Made by a program: the position numbers and the translations under genes. 64,000 bases of DNA from a virus (Duplodnaviria; Caudoviricetes), in IMG/VR virus record IMGVR_UViG_2974778117_000001, positions 64,001 through 128,000 of that record. One strand, 5' to 3'. Positions 10,501-21,281 of this stretch are shown here, piece after piece. Every line of letters begins with the position of its first letter. Position 1 is the stretch's first letter. The notes under the pieces are model-generated. The model saw only the letters and a list, made by a program, of their open reading frames with translations. It searched no databases and had not been told where the DNA came from.

Positions 10501-13377
10501 GCACCTATCGGTCAACCCATATCTGCAATACAATCAGAAGGGTTCGCTGGTCCTGTCGCCAAACAACGACGTATGGTCCGACGATACTCGTCTGCCAGAG
10601 ATCGTGGTCGACATTGACGCGGGCGTGGATGCCATCAAGCAGATCGCTGATGCAGCAGGTGTGACAGGAACCGACTGGGGTTCGTGGGTCGATCAGAACC
10701 GCACCATCTTGGGTTCGTCTTCGACTTCCAACACTCAGGTGAACGGACGTACCACAACGACAACCAACACCACGACTACCACGTCGAGTGTGACGGCTGC
10801 CCGTACCGGTACCGCCAAGACCGTCGAGTCGCGTACCGACACCTACAAGATTGACGACGTTGTTAAGGACGTGTCGCTGATCACATACATCCGCGCTCGG
10901 AAGATCGAGTTCTACGCTACCAAGATGAAGCCGAACACACGCATCTACGCGTTCTTCGACGGCACCAAGGTCAGCGAGTTCTGCCGAGACATCGGCTTCC
11001 AGCTGAACGCAGCCAACGCCGGTCAGGCTTCACAGCTTGTCGAGTACGGCAGCCCGATGATCACCGATGCAAACGGTGAGTTCCGTGGCGAGTTCAACAT
11101 CCCAGGCGGACGCTTCTTCGTGGGCGAAAAGCAGTTCGTCCTATCCGACGATCCGAACATGAGCGGTGACCCGGATCTGGAAACCACAACAGCCAAGTGT
11201 GTCTACTTCGCTGGTGGTCTGGACGTTACCAAGCAGGACGTGTCGCTGAACGTGATCACGCCCAACTTCACCACTGAGCAGGTGACTGAGACCTCACAGC
11301 GTACTGAAACGACTGTGAACCGTGACACCACGGTGGTCAACAACCCAGCTCCGGCAGGTGATACTGGTCGATGCAACCAGGGTTCGACTCAGATGATCTC
11401 TCGTCTGGCTTGCGAATGCGCACGCGGACGTTGGCTGGTCTGTGTGGTGACCCGGTCGCTCAGGCGTTCATCGTGGATCAGGAGATCTTCGCTTCGGGTC
11501 TGGACGTGTACTTCAAGCAGGTCGATCTGTTCTCGGACCGCATCTTCGTGGAACTCCGCGATATGGTGAACGGCTATCCGGGTGTCACTCGACTGGCTCA
11601 GAAGTTCTACACCCCGGATCAGATCGCTCCGTTCATCTCAGACGACTCGAGCAAGCCGTTCCACGTGGAATTCGACGCTCCAGTGTTCTTGCAGGCTGGC
11701 GTGCAGTACTGCTTCGTCGTGGGTGGTGCGTCGCCAAACACTCGCATCTGGGTATCGCGCCTGGGCGGTGAAGTGGTGAACATGCCAGGCAAGATCGTTG
11801 AGCTGCCGGCGACTTCGGAAGTCAGCTTCCGCTCGCTGAACGGCACAACCTGGAACGCTGAGCAGTACGAGCAGATCAAGTACAAGCTGTACCGCGCAAA
11901 CTTCAAGAGCCAGCAGATGACTCTGGTGTTCGAGAACGAGCACGATCCGGACGCAGGTGGTTACGCGACCGACGAGAACCCGTTCCAGACTCAGACCGGC
12001 AGCACTCGCATCCGCGTCTACCAGAAGAACCACGGCTTCACCCCAGGTGATCGCGTATCGTTCGCGCTGTTTGACACCAATGCGTTCCGAATCCGCTACT
12101 CAGACTTCGTGCCGCAGATCGGTCAGACGATGCACACTCCGACAGGTTCGGGCGTGATTGACGATATCAGATCGACTTCGGTGAGCAATGAGTATATGGT
12201 CACTGTCAAGAACATGTCGGGCGTCATGACCGCAAGTCAGACATACGTGTGTGAAGCGATGACCAAGACGGCTCGTGACTTCTGGCTGGCATCGAGCATG
12301 GACTCCAAGAAGCCCGAATCCTACACGCTGAACCAGTGCGTGGGTACGGTCCTGGAGAACAGCTACGGCAACAAGTACGTGAACGGTCTGATCGCGGGCA
12401 TCCCGGTTGGCGAGTTCAACACCGAGTACACCTCCGGATCCTTGGGTCTGACGGTGATCGACGTGGACAGCATCGACACCTACATCATCAACGTGCAGAC
12501 CCCAGCGACCATCACCGGTCGTGTTGGCGGAACCGGCGTTCGTGTCTACAACGGCAACGAGAAGTATGATGTGTTCAACGTGTCGGGTGCTTACCTGCCG
12601 TATCGTGCTACCGAATCGTGGACGATGACCGGTATTGCTCATGGCGAAGCTGGTAGCGTATTTGAGTCTCAGGATTACAACGTCCTGGCCCCGATTGCGT
12701 TCGTGCCTCAGGAAGACAAGTTCAGCGGTCAGCCGTTGAAGATCGCTTCCAAGAACAACGAGCAGATCAAGTTGGGTGCAGGTAACAAGTCGGCAACGGT
12801 GACCGTGACATTCAGTGCAGCGAACAGCTGGACCAGCCCGATCATCAACCTTGACTCCTTCTCGATGACAACGATCAACAACCGTTGTGAGTGGAGAGAC
12901 AAGGCGAAGCTGGAAGCCATCCCAACCGGCGAGCCGACTTGGGTGGACGAACGCAACCCGATCAACGGAACCGAGACCTATAAGTACGTTACAAGGAGCG
13001 TCAACCTAGCAAACGCTGCGAACGATATCAGTATCTTCGTGGACGTGTACAAGGACCTCAACGCAGATTTTGACATCTATGTCAAGCGCCTGCCGGTCTA
13101 CGAGACAGCTGCAATCGACACCCTGCCTTGGATCAAGGTGAACAACATCGTCAAGAGCCGCTCGTCGGTCGACTTGACAGACTTCATCGAGTACAACATC
13201 GTGGCTTCACGTGATATCCTCAAGGAGACCGTGAACGGCGTTGTGATCCCAGGTTGGTTGGATGATTCAGGTGCCCCGACGCCGTTCACCTCATTCCAGG
13301 TGAAGCTGGTCGGACGCTCCAAGAACTCGGCTAAGCCGCCGCTCTTCAGAGCTCTCCGAATCATCGCAGTGACCTAA
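7583..13377 (+). CDS. Large virion structural protein, DUF4815/VrlC-like, ~1,930 aa (apparent 1-nt deletion near 11433)
   Basis: PY.DDFD...FQKVLFRPGRAVQARELNQIQS, APGADRY, RTYETNGDY, NRRYTMRDIG, DRYKNGF.ADNF, DPVAQAF, FQVKLV...PP.F..LR.IAV. Confidence 0.85.
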
Positions 13378-13607
13378 TGGACATCAAAATCGAAGGATAC
13401 CCTGAGCTCCGCAGACGCGGAGCCGGGGTGATTAACACAGACAGGGACGAGTACCTCCGAGCTCTGAATCGGAACAAGCAGGGGAAGCGTATTGACGATC
13501 TGGAAGAGAAGATTGAAGACCTAAGTGGGAAGGTCGACAAGCTCCTCCAGATCCTAACTGGAGCATTTGGCAATGACAGAATTGTCAGTAAACAAAGCCT
13601 TTCGTGA
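13377..13607 (+). CDS. Small coiled-coil hypothetical protein
   Basis: 76 aa, coupled to the upstream stop (TAATG); C-terminal heptads. Confidence 0.6.
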   Translation: MDIKIEGYPELRRRGAGVINTDRDEYLRALNRNKQGKRIDDLEEKIEDLSGKVDKLLQILTGAFGNDRIVSKQSLS

Positions 13608-13738
13608 TGTGATGGAAGTAGAAGAGCTTCTGGCTCAAGTCTGCAAGCGGATCATCGAAAGAAAGAAATGCTTTAGAGCCCGGGCTTGTGCAAGGCAAGC
13701 GATAAATACTATCGCAATCAATACCTTGGACATTCCAC

Positions 13739-14500
13739 ATGGCAAGAATCTCTTCACGCGAAGACCTGAAGCAGTATGCGCTCCGTGATCTAGGTGCGCC
13801 GCTGCTGCTGATCAATGTTGACGACCAGCAGCTTGAAGATAGAATTGATGATGCTCTCGACCTGTTCCATGAGTACCACTTCTACGGTACGGAACGCGTC
13901 TACTTGCACCATCAGCTTACGCAGGACGACATCAACAATCAAGAGATTGTCCTCCCCGATGGGGTGATGTCCGTTCTGGATGTTCTGCGTCAGGGCGTAG
14001 GTGACGGCGGTGGCGGAAACGGCATCGCCACGATCAACCTCCAGTATCAGATGTACCTCACGGATGTGATGAACGTCCGCAAGATCATGATGGGCGGTCT
14101 GAGTAGCTTCTACATCACTCAGTCGTATCTGAACACAATCGCTGACACGTTCGGTCAACCCGACCGCTTGACGTTCAACATGCACAACGATCGCTTGAAG
14201 CTCCTGACTGACTGGTCTCTGATGACGGTCGGCTCGTGGGTGGCTATCGAGTGCTATCGTGCAATCAACCCTGATGATGTCGGCGCGGTCTACAACAACC
14301 GTTGGCTGAAGAAGTACACCTGCGCGTTGTTCCGCAAGCAGTGGGGTCAGAACCTCATCAAGTTCGGCAATGCTCAGCTCCCAGGTGGTATCACCACAAA
14401 CGGTGAAGCGATCCTCCAACAAGCGATCACAGAAGTGAAGGAGCTTGAGGAAGAGCTCCAGAACAACTATCAAGACCCAGTTGACTTCTTCATGGCTTGA
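13739..14500 (+). CDS. Neck protein gp13
   Basis: LKQYALR.LGAP...INVDD.Q, WLKKY..AL...QWGQNL.KF...LPGG.T.NG. Confidence 0.92.
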   Translation: MARISSREDLKQYALRDLGAPLLLINVDDQQLEDRIDDALDLFHEYHFYGTERVYLHHQLTQDDINNQEIVLPDGVMSVLDVLRQGVGDGGGGNGIATINLQYQMYLTDVMNVRKIMMGGLSSFYITQSYLNTIADTFGQPDRLTFNMHNDRLKLLTDWSLMTVGSWVAIECYRAINPDDVGAVYNNRWLKKYTCALFRKQWGQNLIKFGNAQLPGGITTNGEAILQQAITEVKELEEELQNNYQDPVDFFMA

Positions 14501-14542
14501 CGGCTTAAATATCCATACAACCCAACCCTGCTTAGGTGCAAA

Positions 14543-14893
14543 ATGCTCCACACGCCTCCTGCCGAGATTGCTCGGATCGCCCACAACACGGTTAAAGCTT
14601 ACCGCGAAGCGATGGGTGATTTCTCAGTCGTAGACTGGAACAGTGCTGACACGCACGTTCGCGAGAAGTTGATTGACTTCGTTCACATCTACTCCGAGAA
14701 CCCGACAGATACACCTGAGACGCTCCATCAGATCTGGATGGACCTGAAGATCGACAATGGCTGGGCCCATGGTGACAAGCTTGACTGGACCAAGCTGGAA
14801 CACCCGGACCTCCTGCCGTATGAACTACTATCAGACCTCCGTCGTGCCGCAGACGCGATCACTTGGGCGGTCATCAGAGAAGTGATGAAGTAA
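14543..14893 (+). CDS. RyR-domain protein
   Basis: LHQIWMDLKIDNGWAHG..LD..KLEHPDLLPYELL matches the RyR repeat pattern H..W...K...GW..G...D.....HP.L.PY..L. Confidence 0.7.
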   Translation: MLHTPPAEIARIAHNTVKAYREAMGDFSVVDWNSADTHVREKLIDFVHIYSENPTDTPETLHQIWMDLKIDNGWAHGDKLDWTKLEHPDLLPYELLSDLRRAADAITWAVIREVMK

Positions 14894-14894
14894 C

Positions 14895-15532
14895 ATGGCA
14901 ACCAACCCGTATTTCAATCGAGTCAAGCAAGTTTCCGAGCAGGATATGTTTGAGGCGAACGTCATTGAGGCTATTCAGATCAATGGCGTCGACGTCTGGT
15001 ATCTGCCCCGCGAAACTTTGAGATTGACCCCATTCTGAAGGAGCCCAAGAAGACTACCTTCCAGCGTGCGTTCCCGATTGAAGCGTACCAACCAGACGCC
15101 GCCCAGTACGGCGGTCTCGGTCAGATCATGTCTGAGTTTGGTCCACGGGTTGACAATATCACGGAATTCGTGATCAGCAAGAAACGCTTCGCCGAACTAG
15201 GCACCGGACGCACACGCCCCAAGGAAGGGGATTTGATCTATGTCGGCGATCCGTGGAACCCAATCGGTTCCTACACCAACTACATGTTTGAGATCAATCA
15301 GTGCTGGTACAACAATCCTGATTGGCAGTTCGGACGCCACTTCACATTCCGTCTCGTTTGCAGCACCTTCACCTACAGCTACGAGAAGTTCCATTCGGGT
15401 CTCCCTGGCGTGGACGCTCAAGCTGTCACGAACATTGAAGAGCTGCTGGAAGGAATCAATCACGAGGTCATCGAGGAGAAGAAGGAACTCTTCATTCCCG
15501 GGAAAATGGACAACGTGTTCGGAGAGTACTGA
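14895..15532 (+). CDS. Neck protein gp14 (apparent 1-nt deletion near 15015)
   Basis: MATNPYFN...EQ.....VIEAIQING.DV.YLPR, RPKEGDLIY, F.YSYE. Confidence 0.85.
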
Positions 15533-16281
15533 TGAGAGATCCATTCTACTACAGCACCACCAAGAAACTGCTGGTAGCGTTCTGCAGCATCTTTGACGAG
15601 ATCGCAATCATCGACGACTTTGGACGTAGGATCGAGGTTCCCTTGAACTTTGCCCAGCGTGAAAAGTTCCTAGATGATCCAGGTCGTCAGGCTGACTACG
15701 ATATGGACGCCTTGACATATGACATCGCCTTCCCCAAGATGGGTGTGGAGATCGCCGGCTTCAACTTCGCGCCGGAAAGAAATCTGAACCCCTTGCGTCG
15801 CATCCCTGACTTCGATGATGTGAACAAGCAGGAGGTGATGATGTACAATCGCGTCCCCTACGATCTGAACATGAACCTGTACATCGGTGCCAGGAAGCTG
15901 GAAGACAGCCTCAAGATCGTGGAACAGATCATCCCCTTCTTTGCCCCGGAACTGACCCTCACGATCCGCGACAAGGAAAACTTCGGAATGGAAACGAACA
16001 TTCCGATTGAGCTGAACAGCGTGGCTGTCAACATTGATGCCCTAGGTTCGCTTGACACCAAGAGGGTGATCATGTGGACCTTGAACTTCACGGTGAAGGC
16101 ATTCTACTACTCAGACGTCAGACTTGACACTCGGATCAAACAGGCAATCATTGACTTTGATGAGATGGATCTCACTTCAGTTCTGGAACGCTATACTGCT
16201 ACTGTCAATCCTTTGGATGCTGAGAAGACTGATCCCCACACCGTGATTGAGACTACTGAGTTGGGAGTGAATGATGACTGA
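15532..16281 (+). CDS. Tail terminator / sheath stabilizer gp15
   Basis: FYY...KK...AF..IF, VPL.FA.REKF, VPY.L...L, QIIPFF.P, WTLNF. Confidence 0.9.
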   Translation: MRDPFYYSTTKKLLVAFCSIFDEIAIIDDFGRRIEVPLNFAQREKFLDDPGRQADYDMDALTYDIAFPKMGVEIAGFNFAPERNLNPLRRIPDFDDVNKQEVMMYNRVPYDLNMNLYIGARKLEDSLKIVEQIIPFFAPELTLTIRDKENFGMETNIPIELNSVAVNIDALGSLDTKRVIMWTLNFTVKAFYYSDVRLDTRIKQAIIDFDEMDLTSVLERYTATVNPLDAEKTDPHTVIETTELGVNDD

Positions 16282-16765
16282 CCCATTGGATATGATCTCC
16301 CAGACGTTGAACACAATCACTGGGATGGACAAGCTACCGCGTGAGTCTCAAGTCGAGATTGACGCTGAAGAGGACTATCTCACTGCCCGTAAGAATCTGA
16401 AGGAACTGGTCGAGACAGGCATGGAAATTGTGCCTGACATGATGGCGGTTATGACTGCCACCCAGGATCCCAAGATGTATCAAGCGGCTGCAGCCGTCCT
16501 GAAAAGCGTCGCTGCACTTAACGCACAGATGATGGAAGTATCATCAAAACGAGAGAAGAACACTCGCCCACCAACTCCCCAAAAGCCCGAAGATTCTACC
16601 ACGCACATCGAGGCCAAGGGACCTGTGTACATTGGGACAACGGCTGACATCATCAAACAGAGACGGCTAGCTAAGGAAAAGGAACAGGCAATTGACGTCG
16701 AGGCAGTCCAAGTAAAGGATCCTCGACAAGAAGAGGAGATTCCTGGGGATTCATCAGAAGAGTAA
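16271..16765 (+). CDS. Terminase small subunit gp16
   Basis: DY..AR.NL..L.E.G, P.MY, VYIGTTAD; position between gp15 and gp17. Confidence 0.8.
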   Translation: MMTDPLDMISQTLNTITGMDKLPRESQVEIDAEEDYLTARKNLKELVETGMEIVPDMMAVMTATQDPKMYQAAAAVLKSVAALNAQMMEVSSKREKNTRPPTPQKPEDSTTHIEAKGPVYIGTTADIIKQRRLAKEKEQAIDVEAVQVKDPRQEEEIPGDSSEE

Positions 16766-16769
16766 TCGC

Positions 16770-17215
16770 TAGCAGTCATGAACGTCGCGCTTCGCGCGGG
16801 CTTCGACAGCTGACGCTGTCTCGCCGGTCAACTTGCTTCATGAACCGATCCGGTCTTGATGAACCCTTGGGCTAGCGGACACACTTTGGCCATCTAGGCC
16901 AACGTATGTTCAAAGAACAATACTGACAGTCAAGGGTCCCTTTCGGGGTAGGATGTGGGGAGCGGTGACACCCTGTACCTTGATATTGGTCTCTCGCGAG
17001 ACTCCCGCCATGACTACAGATCGCATGTCATTAGATCAGAGTCAACACCTGTTGCAGCGGAGCAGAGCAGGTCATACTTCAGTGGTTGGTTAGGCCACCT
17101 TGCCTCTTCAATAGGTCTTACTCAGAAAGCGCATCTTACGTCGCGACTACGATTAGCCGACGGCTAGCTTCCACTCATTGTTCATCATATAGTGCCAGAG
17201 GGTGTTCCTCCGACC
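16770..17215 (-). ncRNA. Candidate structured non-coding RNA or origin element antisense between the terminase genes
   Basis: ~500-bp gap without a credible ORF, at least 9 short hairpins including minus-strand GAAA and GCGA tetraloops, and an upstream sigma70-like promoter. Confidence 0.45.
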
Positions 17216-17220
17216 ATGTA

Positions 17221-17249
17221 ATTATAGCGGTGACGAACCGCCAAAACAA
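17221..17249 (-). promoter_or_regulatory. Sigma70-like promoter firing into the gp16-gp17 gap
   Basis: TTGTTT-17 nt-TATAAT on the minus strand. Confidence 0.6.
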
Positions 17250-17272
17250 GACCAGACAGAAAGAGTAACCAG

Positions 17273-18883
17273 ATGTTTGACGAGGATAGTCAATACAAGA
17301 AGGAAGACGCGTACAACGGCAACTCCAAGCTGAAGAAGGCTGGGGTCGAGACTCAGTTCTCCGAATGGGAGCTGGATGAGCTCGAGAAGTGCCAGAATGA
17401 CGTGCACTACTTCATCGCAAACTACTGCATGATCATCTCACTGGACGATGGTCTGGTGCCTTTCCGTATGTTCGGCTATCAGAAGAAGATGGTCGACATT
17501 GTCCTGGCGAATCGCTTCTCGATCTTCAAGTGGCCACGTCAGATGGGCAAGACAACCGTGGTCGCCGCGATCTTGCTCTGGTATGCGATCTTCAATGAAG
17601 AGTATCGAATCGCAATTCTGGCGAACAAGGGCGACCAGTCGAGAGAAATTCTTGCCCGTCTCCAGCTGATGTATGAAGAGCTTCCTTGGTTCATGCAGGT
17701 CGGCGTTTCGGTCTGGAACAAGGGTAACATCAAGCTCGGTAATCGAAGCGAAGTCTTCACAGCGGCGACCGGCGGTTCTTCGATCCGTGGTAAGTCTGTC
17801 AACTTGATGTACCTCGATGAGTTCGCGTTCGTTGAGAATGACGTCGACTTCTACACCTCCACATATCCGGTCGTCACCTCCGGTACCAAGACCAAGGTCA
17901 TCATCACCTCGACCCCGAACGGTATGAACCTGTTCTACAAGATCTGGACAGACTCGACCAACGGGAAGAACAACTACGTCCACAACGAGGCGTTCTGGCA
18001 CGATCATCCGAAGCGAGATCAGGCTTGGAAGGACGAACAGCTCCGAAACATGTCGGAGCGGCAGTTCGAGCAGGAATTCTTGTGCAAGTTCCAGGGTTCA
18101 AGCGATACGCTGCTGTCGCCCGCTAAGCTGGAACAGCTCACCTATCAGGATCACATCCGAGAGCTGGGTGGAAACCGTGACTTCAAGATCTATGAAGACC
18201 CGATCAAGGACGCTTCCTATGTCGTAACCGTGGACGTGTCGGAAGGTATCGGCAAGGACTACTCCGTCATCTCGGTGTTCGACACGACGGAAGCTCCATT
18301 CCGTCAGGTGGCGATGCTCAGATCCAATATCATCGCCCCTCTGATCCTTGCCGACTTGGCGAACCGGATCGGTCACCTCTACAATCAGGCTGTCCTGATC
18401 GTGGAATGCAACAGCATCGGCAACACTGTGGTCACCGCATTGTGGGAAGACTACGAGTACGAGAATCTGCTGATGACCAAGAACAAGGAAGCTGAGTCCA
18501 AGGTCGGTGAAGGTGGCAAGTCTCAACCGGGTGTCAGAACTACGAAGAAGACCAAGCTGATCGGCTGCAGCCAGCTCAAGATGCTCATTGAGTCTGATCA
18601 GCTGATCATTCAGGACTTCGATACCGTTGCAGAACTCAACAGCTTCATCAAGAAGGGTACAAGCTGGGAAGCAGAGCAAGGCAAGACGGATGACATCGTG
18701 ATGACTCTCGTCATCTTCGCATGGTTCGCCTCGCAGCCTTACTTCGCTGAGATGGTCGATCAGAACATCCGCAACCTGGTGAGAGCAAACCTGATGAATC
18801 AGGATGAGTATTGCTCCGCCTTCGGCTTCCTAGATGACGGCTGGGACGATGAAAGTGTTACTGACAATGGTGGTCTTTTCTGA
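17273..18883 (+). CDS. Terminase large subunit gp17
   Basis: Walker A RQMGKTT, Walker B YLDEFAF, STPNGMN, nuclease DVSEG..KDYS and DDIVM. Confidence 0.97.
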   Translation: MFDEDSQYKKEDAYNGNSKLKKAGVETQFSEWELDELEKCQNDVHYFIANYCMIISLDDGLVPFRMFGYQKKMVDIVLANRFSIFKWPRQMGKTTVVAAILLWYAIFNEEYRIAILANKGDQSREILARLQLMYEELPWFMQVGVSVWNKGNIKLGNRSEVFTAATGGSSIRGKSVNLMYLDEFAFVENDVDFYTSTYPVVTSGTKTKVIITSTPNGMNLFYKIWTDSTNGKNNYVHNEAFWHDHPKRDQAWKDEQLRNMSERQFEQEFLCKFQGSSDTLLSPAKLEQLTYQDHIRELGGNRDFKIYEDPIKDASYVVTVDVSEGIGKDYSVISVFDTTEAPFRQVAMLRSNIIAPLILADLANRIGHLYNQAVLIVECNSIGNTVVTALWEDYEYENLLMTKNKEAESKVGEGGKSQPGVRTTKKTKLIGCSQLKMLIESDQLIIQDFDTVAELNSFIKKGTSWEAEQGKTDDIVMTLVIFAWFASQPYFAEMVDQNIRNLVRANLMNQDEYCSAFGFLDDGWDDESVTDNGGLF

Positions 18884-18933
18884 TTTGGTAAATATCTGGA
18901 CGCAAAAACTCGCTTTGCAACTAGGAGAAACAT

Positions 18934-20905
18934 ATGGCTTCCAACAACTCTAGCCCAGATGTGCAGAGCCGAGAAATCGATCTGACCAATGGTGTAGCAA
19001 CTGCAGGATCAACCTCTGGCGCCTTTGCGGGTGACTTCCAGTGGGGTCCGGTAGACTCCATCATCACCGTCTCGAACAATCAAGATATTGAGACATCGCT
19101 GGGCAAGCCGACTGACACCAATTATGTGAGCTGGTTCTCGGCATCGAATTTCTTGGCATACACCGGCTTGCTTCAGGTCTCCCGCGCCGTTGACGAAAAC
19201 GCAATCAACGCCAGCGATGACGGCGGCGGCTTGCTGATCAAGAACCGTCAGCACTTTGAACAGGTCTCGACCGCTCCGACCAGCGTCAAGTACGCAGCGA
19301 AGTATCCGGGTCTGCTGGGTGACTCGCTTGAGGTTCATCTGGCTGACTCTGCAACCTTCTCGGGTTGGGCATACGCTAGCCAGTTCGACACTGCTCCGGG
19401 CACCTCGTTCTGGGCTCAGAACCTGGGAATCAAGAACGATGAAGTCCACGTGGTCGTGATTGACCGCCATGGTCTGTTCACCGGCGTGCCGAATTCCGTC
19501 CTCCGCGCATATTCGTACCTGTCGAAGGCATCGGATTCCAAGGACTCAAACGGTGGACCAAACTTCTACCGCAGCGTACTGAACCGTGACAGCCAACACG
19601 TGTGGTCCCTGGCTCTGCCGACTACCGCTGAACTGGTTGATGGCAATGACGGAACTGTCGATACCATCACCGTGAGTGACGGCGGACAGAACTACACCGC
19701 TGCTCCGACTGTAACCTTGTCGGCTCCGGCTCCAGGTGGTGTCCAGGCGACTGCTACCGCAACCGTTGCTGCAGGTGTCGTGACTGGGATCACTGTCGTG
19801 AACAAGGGTTCGGGTTACACTTCCGCTCCGACTGTTACAATCAGTGGTGATGGTACAGGCGCGACTGCAACTGCTGCCCTGAAGACCGTGACAGGCTCGG
19901 AGTGGGGTAAGCCGGGCATCCAGGCTGGTCTGCCGGTGACCTTCAAGTCGTTGGCTCAGCGTCAGGAACTTCCGCTCTCGGGTGGTAAGGATTCGACGCA
20001 GGTGGGAGCTCAAGAGCTGATCCAGGCTCTGGAACCCTTCCAGAACGAGGAAGAAGTTGACGTCGGTCTGTTGTTCCTTGGCGACTCGGGCGGCGAGACT
20101 TCGCACGCTGCAGTCACTCAGTGGGCAATCGACAACCTGGGCGAAGCACGAAAGGATCTGGTGGTCTTCTGGTCGCCGAAGCTGTCGGACGTGCTGAATA
20201 AGACTCAGAACGATGCGACCAATCTGTGCAAGACAACCATTGCGGCAGTTGGACGCGCTTCGAGCTACGCTTTCGGTGACACAGGCTGGAAGCTGCAGTA
20301 CGATGCCTACAACGACAAGTACCGCTGGATTCCGCTGAACGCTGACATCGCTGGTCTATGTGCACGCGTGGACAACACCTCCGATCCGTGGAACAGCCCA
20401 GGTGGTTACAACCGTGGTAAGCTGCTGAACGTGGTTTCGCTGGCGTTCAACCCGAACAAGACCAGCCGCGACCTGCTGTACAAGGCGAGCTTGAACCCGG
20501 TCGTGACCTTCCGTACTGACGGCACTCTGCTGTACGGCGACAAGACGATGCTGGGCAAGAACAGCGCGTTCTCCGATCTGGGTATCCGCAGACTGTTCAT
20601 CACCCTGCGCAAGAACATCAGCCAGGCGTCGAAGCAGTACTTGTTCGAGAAGAACAACGCGTTCACCCGAAACAGCTTCATCAACATGGTGACGCCGTAC
20701 CTCCAGCAGGTGAAGGGCAGAAACGGTATCAGCGACTTCTTGATCAAGTGCGACGAGCAGAACAACACCGCTCAGGTCATCCAGAACAAGCAGTTCGTCG
20801 GTTCGATCTTCATCAAGCCGGAATACAGCATCAACTGGGTTGAGCTGAACTTCGTGGCAGTCCGCCAGGACGTCGCCTCGAAGAAGTGCAGAACGTCAGT
20901 TCTAA
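18934..20905 (+). CDS. Tail sheath protein gp18 (apparent deletions near the C-terminus, ~20878 and ~20897)
   Basis: SPDVQSREIDLT, FQWGP, PWNSPGG.NRG, RRLFI, FE.N...TR, IKP..SINWVELNFVA. Confidence 0.95.
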
Positions 20906-20910
20906 GACGA

Positions 20911-20940
20911 GAAAAGCCCGGGGTCAAATCCGGGCTTTTC
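20911..20940. terminator. Bidirectional rho-independent terminator
   Basis: GAAAAGCCCGG-loop-CCGGGCTTTTC between convergent genes. Confidence 0.75.
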
Positions 20941-20949
20941 CTTTGCGTG

Positions 20950-21135
20950 TCACTTGCCGGACCAGGTGTCGAGCAAATCCCATGCTGAGCGGCTGATCAC
21001 TTCGATCTTGGGCACACCGAAGCGGGTCACTTCTTGAACCTGCACGTTGTGGAAGTCGTAATTGATCGCCTGCATCCGGCGCCCCTTGTGGATACGAATC
21101 TGCTTCAGGATGACCGGCTGGTAGATCTCGCTCAT
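20950..21135 (-). CDS. Hypothetical early protein inserted between gp18 and gp19
   Basis: 61 aa, GAGG RBS, own early promoter. Confidence 0.6.
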   Translation of the reverse strand: MSEIYQPVILKQIRIHKGRRMQAINYDFHNVQVQEVTRFGVPKIEVISRSAWDLLDTWSGK

Positions 21136-21170
21136 TGATTCCTCGTGTTGGGTTTTCGGTTCGTGCTACT

Positions 21171-21207
21171 ATTGTATGATAGGCAGACGTGATACGCAAG
21201 CACTTTC
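21171..21207 (-). promoter_or_regulatory. Early sigma70-like promoter
   Basis: GAAAGTGC-TTGCGT-17 nt-TACAAT, with TATCA before the -10. Confidence 0.65.
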
Positions 21208-21281
21208 TGCGATAAATAAGAAAGAATCTTCGGTATGGTTGAGTCCTGGGAGATTCCCTCAACCTCAGATAAGGAGCCGAC

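Noticed and set aside
13567-13788. 73-aa ORF overlapping the gp13 start
   Set aside because: It overlaps both neighbours and spans the late promoter, with no motif support; possible but unsupported.
16955-17268. Short ORFs (70 aa and 60 aa) in the terminase gap
   Set aside because: No convincing RBS, composition unlike the phage's genes, and no motifs.
16766-17272. Group I intron, tmRNA, RNase P RNA or tRNA identity for the intergenic element
   Set aside because: gp16 and gp17 each look complete, so nothing needs splicing. I could not find tRNA-like ends or recognisable RNase P or group I core motifs by eye; Infernal is needed to exclude them.
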